64,000 nucleotides of DNA from an uncultured Bacteroidota bacterium. Lineage in GTDB: Bacteria > Bacteroidota > Bacteroidia > Bacteroidales > JAAUTT01. Below the pieces are notes generated by a model. The model did no database searches, had not been told where the DNA came from, and saw only the letters and a program-made list of their open reading frames with translations. Each line of letters opens with the position of its first letter. The stretch's first letter is position 1. The stretch covers positions 263,592-327,591 of the forward strand of contig CAWJWO010000002.1 of NCBI GenBank assembly GCA_963846585.1. Reading direction: 5' to 3'. The translations under genes and the position numbers were made by a program. This document shows positions 19,338-26,877 of the stretch, one piece after another.

Positions 19338-19369
19338 CGACAGTCATTTCGAGCGAAGCGAGAAATCTC
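19227..19369 (+). other. GC-rich compound stem-loop region at the 3-prime end of the GIY-YIG ORF
   Basis: The outer 27-nt arms 19227-19253 (gagattcctccctgcggtcggaatgac) and 19343-19369 (gtcatttcgagcgaagcgagaaatctc) are 22/27 complementary. They enclose a 6-bp hairpin (19256-19279) and a perfect 23-bp stem (19275-19323). Confidence 0.6.
19275..19323 (+). other. Perfect 23-bp inverted repeat with a 3-nt loop
   Basis: gctggaggtgaagagagtgcggc-aaa-gccgcactctcttcacctccagc read directly. GC-rich, inside an AT-rich locus. Confidence 0.9.
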
Positions 19370-19514
19370 AAATAAAGTATTATAATTGTATATAAGCATT
19401 TTACAAGCGTTAACCTGACGGCTATGCCTTTTTAAGGGGTTGGGGTTAAAAAATACTAAAATGAATAAATATTGTCTTGAATAATTATAACAATAATTAA
19501 ATCCTTAATTCGCA

Positions 19515-19535
19515 TTACGACTTACGACTTACGAC
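19515..19535 (+). repeat. (TTACGAC)x3 array
   Basis: ttacgacttacgacttacgac ends 7 nt before the fni ATG. The same unit occurs at 12305-12318 and 61692-61705. Confidence 0.9.
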
Positions 19536-19542
19536 TAAATTT

Positions 19543-20535
19543 ATGAATGATAGAAAAAAGGACCATATTGAACTGGCTTTGCAAGCTCAAACCTGCAAAA
19601 ATGAATTAGATATCAGGTTTGACTATGAACCATTATTGGCTGCTCATCCTAAAGGTGGGTTACCTTCATTTAATTTTCTTGGAAAAACTTTCCGTGCTCC
19701 TTTATGGGTATCCAGCATGACAGGTGGAACGAAAACAGCTGCTAATATTAACAGAAACCTCGCCATGTCATGTAAAGAATTCGGTTTCGGGATGGGTCTG
19801 GGTTCCTGTCGTGTACTTATTGACAATGATGATTATTTTGGAGATTTTAACGTTCGTGATATTATTGGCGATGATTTGCCTTTGTTTGCCAACCTGGGAA
19901 TTTGCCAGGTTGAACAACTTATTGAGAACGGAAAAACAGAAAAAATCATAAGATTGCGTGAAAAGCTGCGGGCAGACGGGTTAATAATACATGTTAATCC
20001 ATTGCAGGAATGGTATCAAAAAGAAGGAGATAAATTAAAATATCCTCCAATTGAGACAATTAAAAAATTGATTGACAAAACAGATATGCCTCTGATTGTT
20101 AAAGAAGTAGGTCAAGGTATAGGCCCGGCAAGCCTCAGTGCTTTATTTAAATTGCCACTTGCAGCAATTGAATTTGCCGCATTTGGAGGAACTAATTTCT
20201 CGAAACTTGAACTTATGCGTAATTCTTCGCAATTGAATGAAATTTTTGAACCTCTTACGAAAGTTGGAATGGATGCATTTCAAATGCTTGAAATTGTCAA
20301 TAATATTGTCAATACAGAAAAAAATCCCGGGTGTAATCAAATTATTATTAGTGGCGGGATTAACTCATTTTTAGACGGGTATTACCTGGTACAAAAGTCA
20401 CTTTTACAGGCTGTTTATGGACAGGCATCTTCAATGCTAAAATATGCTAAGGAAGATTATGTACAATTGCAATCTTATATTTCTCAACAAATCAAAGGGC
20501 TGGAGATAGCTTATGCCTTTTTACGAATAAAGTAA
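19543..20535 (+). CDS. fni: Type 2 isopentenyl-diphosphate delta-isomerase (FMN-dependent)
   Basis: 330-aa ORF: RKKDHIELAL, PLWVSSMTGGT, IVKEVGQGIGP, AAFGGTNF, typical of IDI-2. Confidence 0.9.
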   Translation: MNDRKKDHIELALQAQTCKNELDIRFDYEPLLAAHPKGGLPSFNFLGKTFRAPLWVSSMTGGTKTAANINRNLAMSCKEFGFGMGLGSCRVLIDNDDYFGDFNVRDIIGDDLPLFANLGICQVEQLIENGKTEKIIRLREKLRADGLIIHVNPLQEWYQKEGDKLKYPPIETIKKLIDKTDMPLIVKEVGQGIGPASLSALFKLPLAAIEFAAFGGTNFSKLELMRNSSQLNEIFEPLTKVGMDAFQMLEIVNNIVNTEKNPGCNQIIISGGINSFLDGYYLVQKSLLQAVYGQASSMLKYAKEDYVQLQSYISQQIKGLEIAYAFLRIK

Positions 20536-20554
20536 TTGAATTAAATTCATTTAC

Positions 20555-21862
20555 ATGCAAAGAAATATTGTAAACGGTTTCTCAAAGCTAACCAAGGAAG
20601 AAAAAATTGAATCCTTATCAGGTATCCTTAACTTGCCAATGCTTAATGAAAAATTAAAATCATTCTGGCATAATACAAATCAGCAACTTTTCGATGAGTT
20701 TAGCGAAAATTCAATCTCCAACTATTATTTGCCCTATAGTATTGCTCCAAATTTCCTGATTAATGAAACTATCTGCCATATACCTATGGTAACTGAAGAA
20801 AGTTCAGTTGTTGCTGCAGCTGCAGCTGCAGCTAAATTTTGGTTTCATAATGGAGGTTTTAAGGCTGATGTTATATCTATGCAAAAATCCGGCCATGTAC
20901 ACTTTATTCTTTCTGGTGATAAACAAATTTTGTTTAACCATTGGACAATGCTTAAAAACGTGTTCCATCAAAACATAAAATCCATTAATTCCAATATGAT
21001 AAAACGGGGAGGCGGCGTGTTGGATATCAGTCTTGAAGATTGTACCTCATTGCTGAAAGATTATTGCCAGATATCGGTAACTTTTGATACGGTCGACTCA
21101 ATGGGTGCTAATTATATAAATTCTATTCTGGAACAAATAGCTTTAACCCTGTGCAATTATTGTTCTGAGAATTTATTAAATCAGGTACATTGTCAGGTGA
21201 TAATGTCAATACTTTCTAATTATACTCCAAATTGTAAAGTAATATGCAAAGTTGAAGCTCCCGTTTCAGTTTTTAATAAAAACGAAATGGGTATATCCAC
21301 TGCAGGATTTATCGAAAAATTCTTAATTGCCATTCGTATAGCGGAATCGGATATATACAGATGTGTAACTCACAACAAAGGAATAATGAATGGCATAGAT
21401 GCAGTTTTATTAGCTACCGGCAACGATTTTAGAGCCGTTGAAGCCGATGTACACGCTTATGCATCACGAACCGGTAAATATTCATCATTATCATTTGCTG
21501 ATGTGGAGGATGGTATATTTAAGTTTAATTTAGAATTGCCAATGAATATAGGTGTTATCGGAGGTGCGACTTCCCTTCATCCTTTAGCCGCCTTGTCACT
21601 TGAAATTCTTGGAAATCCTGATGCCAGACAATTAATGATGATTATTGCTGCAGCAGGTTTGGCTACTCATTTCTCAGCAATAAAAGCTTTGGTTACTGAA
21701 GGGATTCAGAATGGCCATATGAAAATGCACATAATTAATATATTACATCAAATGCATGCAACCGAAGAGGAGAAAAAAGAAGTTTATAAATGGTTCGAAA
21801 ACAAAACAATTACTTTTAATGAAGTTATCGAACTATTGAATAACCTTCGAAAGAATATATAA
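20555..21862 (+). CDS. Hydroxymethylglutaryl-CoA reductase, class II
   Basis: 435-aa ORF: ENSISNYYLPYSIAPNFLIN...IPMVTEESSVVAAAAAAAKFW, DSMGANYINS, HNKGIMNGIDAVLLATGNDFRAVEA, and the GHMKMH C-terminal motif. Confidence 0.9.
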   Translation: MQRNIVNGFSKLTKEEKIESLSGILNLPMLNEKLKSFWHNTNQQLFDEFSENSISNYYLPYSIAPNFLINETICHIPMVTEESSVVAAAAAAAKFWFHNGGFKADVISMQKSGHVHFILSGDKQILFNHWTMLKNVFHQNIKSINSNMIKRGGGVLDISLEDCTSLLKDYCQISVTFDTVDSMGANYINSILEQIALTLCNYCSENLLNQVHCQVIMSILSNYTPNCKVICKVEAPVSVFNKNEMGISTAGFIEKFLIAIRIAESDIYRCVTHNKGIMNGIDAVLLATGNDFRAVEADVHAYASRTGKYSSLSFADVEDGIFKFNLELPMNIGVIGGATSLHPLAALSLEILGNPDARQLMMIIAAAGLATHFSAIKALVTEGIQNGHMKMHIINILHQMHATEEEKKEVYKWFENKTITFNEVIELLNNLRKNI

Positions 21863-21875
21863 CTCATATTGTTTA

Positions 21876-22811
21876 GTGATAATTTCCGCCAAATCATATT
21901 ATTCCAATGGAAAACTCCTGTTAACCGGTGAATATCTTGTAATGTACGGCGCTAAAGCGTTGGCAATTCCTGTAAAATTTGGTCAATCAATTAGTATTAC
22001 TGAACATTCCGGAGATAATAAATTGGTTTGGGTAGCTAAAGAATATGGAAAAAATTGGTTTAAAGCAGTTTTTTCTTCCAAAACGCTTACTGTTGAAGAA
22101 TATTCAGATATACAAATTGTAAAACGTTTGCAGAAGATTATAAATGAGGCAAAATTATTAAACCAACAATTTATTAAAGAAGATTCCGGTTATTTGATTG
22201 AAACAAATTTAAACTTTAACAGATACTGGGGGTTGGGTACAAGTTCAACATTAATATCCAATATTGCCCTTTGGGCAAATATTGATCCATTTTGGCTTAA
22301 CCGGAAAGTTTCAAATGGATCAGGTTACGATATTGCCTGTGCTGAATCGGCATCATCAATTATTTATCAACTCAATAAACAAATTCCTGTCATTAAAAAT
22401 GTCTCTTTTAATCCAATATTCAGGGACAAAATATATTTTATATACCTTGAGAAAAAACAAGATTCCGCTGCCAGTATAGAAATCTTAAATCAAAAACAAT
22501 CATTATTTTTAAAAGAAATAAAACAAATATCTGACCTGACGGAAAAGTTTTTAAATGCCGGCTCAATTGAAGAAGTTATCCCTGTTATTAAGGCTCATGA
22601 AACAATCATCAGTTCACTATTAAATATCCCTGCTATTCAAAATACATTATTCCCGGATTTTACAGGTATAATAAAATCTCTTGGTGCCTGGGGCGGAGAT
22701 TTTATTATGGCAATTTCTTCAATGAATAAAAATTCGGTTGAACAATACTTCAGGGATAAGGGTTTCCCTGTAATAATACCTTTTGACGAAATGGTACTGA
22801 ATAGTGCTTAG
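21876..22811 (+). CDS. GYDIA-family GHMP kinase (putative phosphomevalonate kinase of the Bacteroidota MVA pathway)
   Basis: 311-aa ORF with GTG start. GKLLLTGEYLVMYGAKALAIPV, GHMP motif GLGTSSTLISN, and the signature GSGYDIACA. The last two codons and the stop lie inside the TAGTGC repeat array. Confidence 0.7.
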   Translation: MIISAKSYYSNGKLLLTGEYLVMYGAKALAIPVKFGQSISITEHSGDNKLVWVAKEYGKNWFKAVFSSKTLTVEEYSDIQIVKRLQKIINEAKLLNQQFIKEDSGYLIETNLNFNRYWGLGTSSTLISNIALWANIDPFWLNRKVSNGSGYDIACAESASSIIYQLNKQIPVIKNVSFNPIFRDKIYFIYLEKKQDSAASIEILNQKQSLFLKEIKQISDLTEKFLNAGSIEEVIPVIKAHETIISSLLNIPAIQNTLFPDFTGIIKSLGAWGGDFIMAISSMNKNSVEQYFRDKGFPVIIPFDEMVLNSA

Positions 22812-22867
22812 TGCATAGTGCATAGTGCATAGTGCTTAATGATTAGTGCTAAATGATTAGTGCTTAG
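22802..22867 (+). repeat. TAGTGCW heptamer array (about 9 units, degenerate at the distal end)
   Basis: tagtgcttagtgcatagtgcatagtgcatagtgcttaatgattagtgctaaatgattagtgcttag. Contains the stop codon of the GYDIA kinase gene. Confidence 0.9.
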
Positions 22868-22901
22868 AACATATTATTTATATATATTAGTTAACAACAT
22901 T

Positions 22902-23990
22902 ATGAGCTTAATGTCAGCTAAATCTGTTAAATACTCCTATTTGCCAAAAGAAAGTACAGGCAAGGTTACATGGCGATGCCCTTCAAACATAGCCCTTATT
23001 AAATATTGGGGGAAACAGGAACAGCAGTTGCCCTTAAACCCTTCCTTAAGTTTCACATTAAATAATTCTTACACCGAAACATCTGTTGAATATGAATATA
23101 TTGAAGATTCTGCAGCACCTCGGATACATTTTATTTCGGATGATATAGATGGCTATTTATTTGAAAAAAGAGTTAAAGAATTTATTAAAAGCCTTATTAT
23201 AGATATTCCTGTTTTGCAAAAGATGAATCTGATTATCCATTCGAAAAATAATTTTCCACATTCTGCAGGCATTGCATCATCTGCTTCAGCTTTTGGTTCA
23301 TTAGCCTTATGTTTATGTTACATAGAAAACCTTGTGACAGGATCACTTAACGGATCAATGGATTTTTTCCGGAAAGCTTCATATATTTCCAGATTAGGTT
23401 CAGGCAGCGCATGCAGGTCTATATATGGAGGTTTTGTAAGTTGGGGGTCAATTGAAGAATATCCTGAATTTTCAAATTTATTTGCCCAACCTCTTCCGTT
23501 TGAAATACATCCTGTCTTTAAAGGTACACATGACACTATATTAATTGTTTCCTCTAAGAAGAAAAAACTTTCAAGCAGCGCCGGACACAATTTAATGGTA
23601 AAACATCCATACGCTTATGGCCGGTATGAGCAGGCTAAACAAAATTATGTATTATTATTAAAGTCGTTACAAAATGGTGACATGGTTAACTTTATAAAAA
23701 TTGTTGAAAATGAGGCCCTCAGCCTACATGCACTTTTGTTTTCTTCTGAAGGTGGGCATATTTTATTAAAACCGGAAAGCATAATGATAATTGATAAAAT
23801 TGTTAATTTCCGGATGGCATCGGATATTCCTGTATGTTTTACTATAGATGCCGGCCCAAATTTACATATAATTTATCCCCTGAAATATAAAGATAAGGTT
23901 TCAGCATTTATTCAATCTGAACTATTAATTTATTGTGAAAATTCAAAATACATTGATGACCAAATAGGAAACGGCCCTGTAAAACTATGA
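22902..23990 (+). CDS. mvaD: Diphosphomevalonate decarboxylase
   Basis: PSNIALIKYWGK, NFPHSAGIASSASAF, LGSGSACRSIYGGFVSW, FTIDAGPNLHI. The track start at 22860 (GTG) lies inside the repeat array, so the ATG at 22902 is more plausible. Confidence 0.9.
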   Translation: MSLMSAKSVKYSYLPKESTGKVTWRCPSNIALIKYWGKQEQQLPLNPSLSFTLNNSYTETSVEYEYIEDSAAPRIHFISDDIDGYLFEKRVKEFIKSLIIDIPVLQKMNLIIHSKNNFPHSAGIASSASAFGSLALCLCYIENLVTGSLNGSMDFFRKASYISRLGSGSACRSIYGGFVSWGSIEEYPEFSNLFAQPLPFEIHPVFKGTHDTILIVSSKKKKLSSSAGHNLMVKHPYAYGRYEQAKQNYVLLLKSLQNGDMVNFIKIVENEALSLHALLFSSEGGHILLKPESIMIIDKIVNFRMASDIPVCFTIDAGPNLHIIYPLKYKDKVSAFIQSELLIYCENSKYIDDQIGNGPVKL

Positions 23991-24940
23991 GGAAATTTTC
24001 TGAGGTTTATCCTAAATTGCTTTTGCTGGGTGAATATAGCATCCTGCTGGGAGGGAATGCCTTAACATTGCCTTTGAGAATATTTAATGCACAATTTGAT
24101 TTTTTAATTAAGGCAAATGATACAGAGGCAGCCATAAGATCGAATAGAATTTTAAAAAATTTTTTAAAATTCATTCGTGGCAATGAATTAATTATTAATA
24201 ATATAAATTTTACTCGCCTTGCCAGTGATATCAATAATGGTTTATATGTAAAATCCAATATTCCGACCGGATACGGGCTTGGCAGCTCCGGATCAGTATG
24301 TGCCGCAATTTTGAAATCATATTCTAAAATTAAATTACCTGCTAAAATATCTCAAATTGAAACATTCAGAATAAAGTCAATTTTAGCCTCAATGGAATCG
24401 TTTTTTCATGGAATAAGTTCAGGAATAGATCCTTTAGCCTGTTATTTCAACTGTTCAATTCTTATAAAAGATACATCAATTGCAAGCCTGCATAATTTGT
24501 GTTTGCCAAAAACCCATATGTTTTTACTTGATTCGGATATTCAAAGAAATAGCCAGTTATTGATAGAAACCTTTACCGATGATTATAAGGATCAGGAATA
24601 TAAAATGTCCTTTAATAAAGACTACATTCCATATGTTAACAGTTTAATTGATACAATTATTGATTTTAATTATAATAAAAAGTATGATCATATTAAGAAC
24701 CGTAATAACTATTATAATTTATGGGAAGGCCTGTCTATTCTTCAATTTAAATTCTTTAATAAAATGATCCCTGATAATATACTGCCTTTATGGGAATCAG
24801 GATTAAATTCAGGTTTGTATTTTCTTAAATTACTGGGTGCTGGAGGTGGTGGTTACTTTTTAGGATTTACCAATAATAAAATTAAAACCGAAACATTCCT
24901 GGCTAATAATGGCTATAAGTTAATATGGCCGGAATTATGA
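23987..24940 (+). CDS. mvk: Mevalonate kinase (Bacteroidota-type GHMP kinase)
   Basis: 317-aa ORF overlapping the upstream stop (ATGA coupling). KLLLLGEYSILLGGNALTLP, GHMP motif PTGYGLGSSGSVCAA, C-terminal LGAGGGGYFLGF. Confidence 0.7.
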   Translation: MRKFSEVYPKLLLLGEYSILLGGNALTLPLRIFNAQFDFLIKANDTEAAIRSNRILKNFLKFIRGNELIINNINFTRLASDINNGLYVKSNIPTGYGLGSSGSVCAAILKSYSKIKLPAKISQIETFRIKSILASMESFFHGISSGIDPLACYFNCSILIKDTSIASLHNLCLPKTHMFLLDSDIQRNSQLLIETFTDDYKDQEYKMSFNKDYIPYVNSLIDTIIDFNYNKKYDHIKNRNNYYNLWEGLSILQFKFFNKMIPDNILPLWESGLNSGLYFLKLLGAGGGGYFLGFTNNKIKTETFLANNGYKLIWPEL

Positions 24941-24952
24941 AGATTAATTTTA

Positions 24953-25072
24953 AAATTTGAAAATGTGTAAATTTGAAAATGCAACCTGTAACCTGAAATA
25001 TGTAACCTGTAACCTGCAACTAAGCACTATGCACTAAACACTATGCACTATGCACTATGCACTATGCACTAT
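24953..25072 (-). repeat. Mosaic: (AATTTGAAAATG)x2 + (AACCTGT)n + CTAAGCA/CTATGCA array
   Basis: 24953-24981 has two aatttgaaaatg copies. 24983-25019 aacctgtaacctgaaatatgtaacctgtaacctgc. 25020-25072 ctaagcactatgcactaaacactatgcactatgcactatgcactatgcactat, overlapping the stop of the minus-strand HAMP-GAF gene. Confidence 0.9.
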
Positions 25073-26718
25073 TTCTTGTTCATTTTCTTTTGCATACCTT
25101 CCAAAGCAAGTTTAAGCTCCTCTTCCTTTCTTGATGATTGTTCCTGAGTTGCCCTTAGTTCTTCCATATTCTGACGCATTTCTTCTTCCTGGGATGCAAG
25201 CTCTTCTGCCTGAATACGTGATTGTTCCAAAAGTTTTGTAGTTTGAATATTTATTTTTACAGTTGATAAGGTACCGGCAATACTATCGGCAATTTTCTCA
25301 ATAAATTCAATCTGGTATGCCTGGATATCTTCAAAGGAAGCTAATTCAATAACTCCAAATACATTATCATTCATAGCCAGTGGTACCAATAATAAACTTT
25401 TAGGATTGGCAGTACCCAACCCTGATGTTATATTGATGTAGTTATCAGGTATATCGGTTAGATAAATTGTTTCATGTTCCTTAATACACCTGCCGACTAA
25501 ACCTTCTCCCATTTCTAAGTTTTTTTGAAGATATTTTTTATGATTATAAGCATAACATGCAAGCATTTCAATATAAATATGATTGGGATCACCGTCATTT
25601 ACAATGAAAATACCACCCTGATTGGCATCAAGGTATTTTACCAGGTTACTGATAATATTATAAGATAAAATATCCAGTTTATCATTGTTCTTTCTAAGTA
25701 TATCGCTGAATTTTGCTATTCCTGACGATGCCCAGTTTCTATGTTCATCTTCCAGTTTTCTTTTCGTATCTTCAATAGCTGCCGCCTTTAAATCATCACG
25801 CATCCGCAATAATGAATTTCCTAAAACATCTTCTTCACTAAGAGGATTAAACTGGCTGTTATAATTTCCTCTCCCAATCTCAAGGGCAAAGGAAGATAAA
25901 TTTTTTAACCCGTACACTAATTGATTCATTGCCTTCGACATTTCTCCAATTTCATCCCGGCCTTCTTTAAATTTATCTTTAGGCAACACTCCACGGCTCA
26001 TTGATAGAAGTATATTTTTTATAAATGTCAGAGGAACAACTAATCCCCTGATTGTAATATTGGCAATTATCAAAGATATAATAATCAAAGCGATACAAGT
26101 ATAAATAATATTCTTTTTCAATTGAATGAATGATTTGTCAATTTCAGAAGTGGCGGTTACAACATTATGCTGTTCAATGTTTATCAATGATTCGAGCTGT
26201 AATTCAATTTTAGCAGTTAAAATTCCAATTAAACCACTATCAGAAACCATATTAAAAATTTTAACCATTTCAGAATGATTATTTGATATTGAACTATCAT
26301 AGAATAATTCTATAATTTCATTATGTAACCTGAATAAAGTATCAGAAATTGTACTGCAAATATTATTAAGTTTCTGCCTTTCAATTTCGTCCAATTGATC
26401 AGATATATTCATCAAATCTTTTTTTATCCCCGGGAAAATTGTTTTATGAAGATCAACTAACTTTTGTTTATCAGAATTATCATTATGCTCACCTGAACTG
26501 ACAAGGTTTTTTATAAGTAATTTAGAATTAACAATTTCTACTTTTACACTATTTAGCAAAAACCTTGAAGGCTGGTATACTGTATTAACCTGATCGTTAA
26601 TACTCCTGGCCTTATCTAACACACTACTAATTATTACTGCATTAATTATCAGGGCTAAAGTAATTATTCCAAAGCCCAGGCTAATCCTGGCAGAAATTTT
26701 TATGTTAAATTTGTTCAT
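25069..26718 (-). CDS. Membrane sensor protein with HAMP and GAF domains, no recognisable output domain
   Basis: 549-aa ORF with an N-terminal TM segment, a periplasmic region and a second TM segment. HAMP (VPLTFIKNILLSMSRGVLP...EIGEMSKAMNQLV), GAF (DANQGGIFIVND...GEGLVGRC...VPLAMNDNVFGVIELASF), then a coiled-coil tail (QAEELASQEEEMRQNMEELRATQEQ) and stop. Confidence 0.7.
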   Translation of the reverse strand: MNKFNIKISARISLGFGIITLALIINAVIISSVLDKARSINDQVNTVYQPSRFLLNSVKVEIVNSKLLIKNLVSSGEHNDNSDKQKLVDLHKTIFPGIKKDLMNISDQLDEIERQKLNNICSTISDTLFRLHNEIIELFYDSSISNNHSEMVKIFNMVSDSGLIGILTAKIELQLESLINIEQHNVVTATSEIDKSFIQLKKNIIYTCIALIIISLIIANITIRGLVVPLTFIKNILLSMSRGVLPKDKFKEGRDEIGEMSKAMNQLVYGLKNLSSFALEIGRGNYNSQFNPLSEEDVLGNSLLRMRDDLKAAAIEDTKRKLEDEHRNWASSGIAKFSDILRKNNDKLDILSYNIISNLVKYLDANQGGIFIVNDGDPNHIYIEMLACYAYNHKKYLQKNLEMGEGLVGRCIKEHETIYLTDIPDNYINITSGLGTANPKSLLLVPLAMNDNVFGVIELASFEDIQAYQIEFIEKIADSIAGTLSTVKINIQTTKLLEQSRIQAEELASQEEEMRQNMEELRATQEQSSRKEEELKLALEGMQKKMNKK

Positions 26719-26728
26719 ACCACATAAA

Positions 26729-26877
26729 TTAGTTGTTAGTTGTTAGTTGTTAGTTGCTAGTTACAATAATTTATCAAATATTAAATTTAATGGAATTTAA
26801 TAAATCCTTTACGATTAATCAAAAATAAATTAAATAAACCTATAATAACCTAATAAACCATTACAACTTTTACAACC
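26729..26877 (+). repeat. (TTAGTTG)x5 array (26729-26764) plus degenerate AAACC/TACAAC units (26836-26877)
   Basis: ttagttgttagttgttagttgttagttgctagttac lies 10 nt from the minus-strand start at 26718. aaacctataataacctaataaaccattacaacttttacaacc abuts the patB-like stop. Confidence 0.85.

Larger units (their letters stand above)
18742..19449 (+). mobile_element. GIY-YIG cassette bounded by 38/39-nt terminal inverted repeats (candidate mobile or homing element)
   Basis: 18742-18779 reads ttaaccccaaccccttaaaaagcatagccgtcaggtta. The reverse complement of 19411-19449 reads ttaaccccaaccccttaaaaaggcatagccgtcaggtta, so they differ by one indel. A second perfect 14-nt IR, taatgcgaattaag, lies outside at 18667-18680 and 19504-19517. 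Confidence 0.45.

Noticed and set aside
19207-19395. 62-aa ORF (FLPAVGMTT...SHFERSEKSQ) overlapping the GIY-YIG 3-prime end
   Set aside because: It reads through both arms of the GC-rich compound hairpin in another frame, so the peptide is a by-product of the palindromic DNA.
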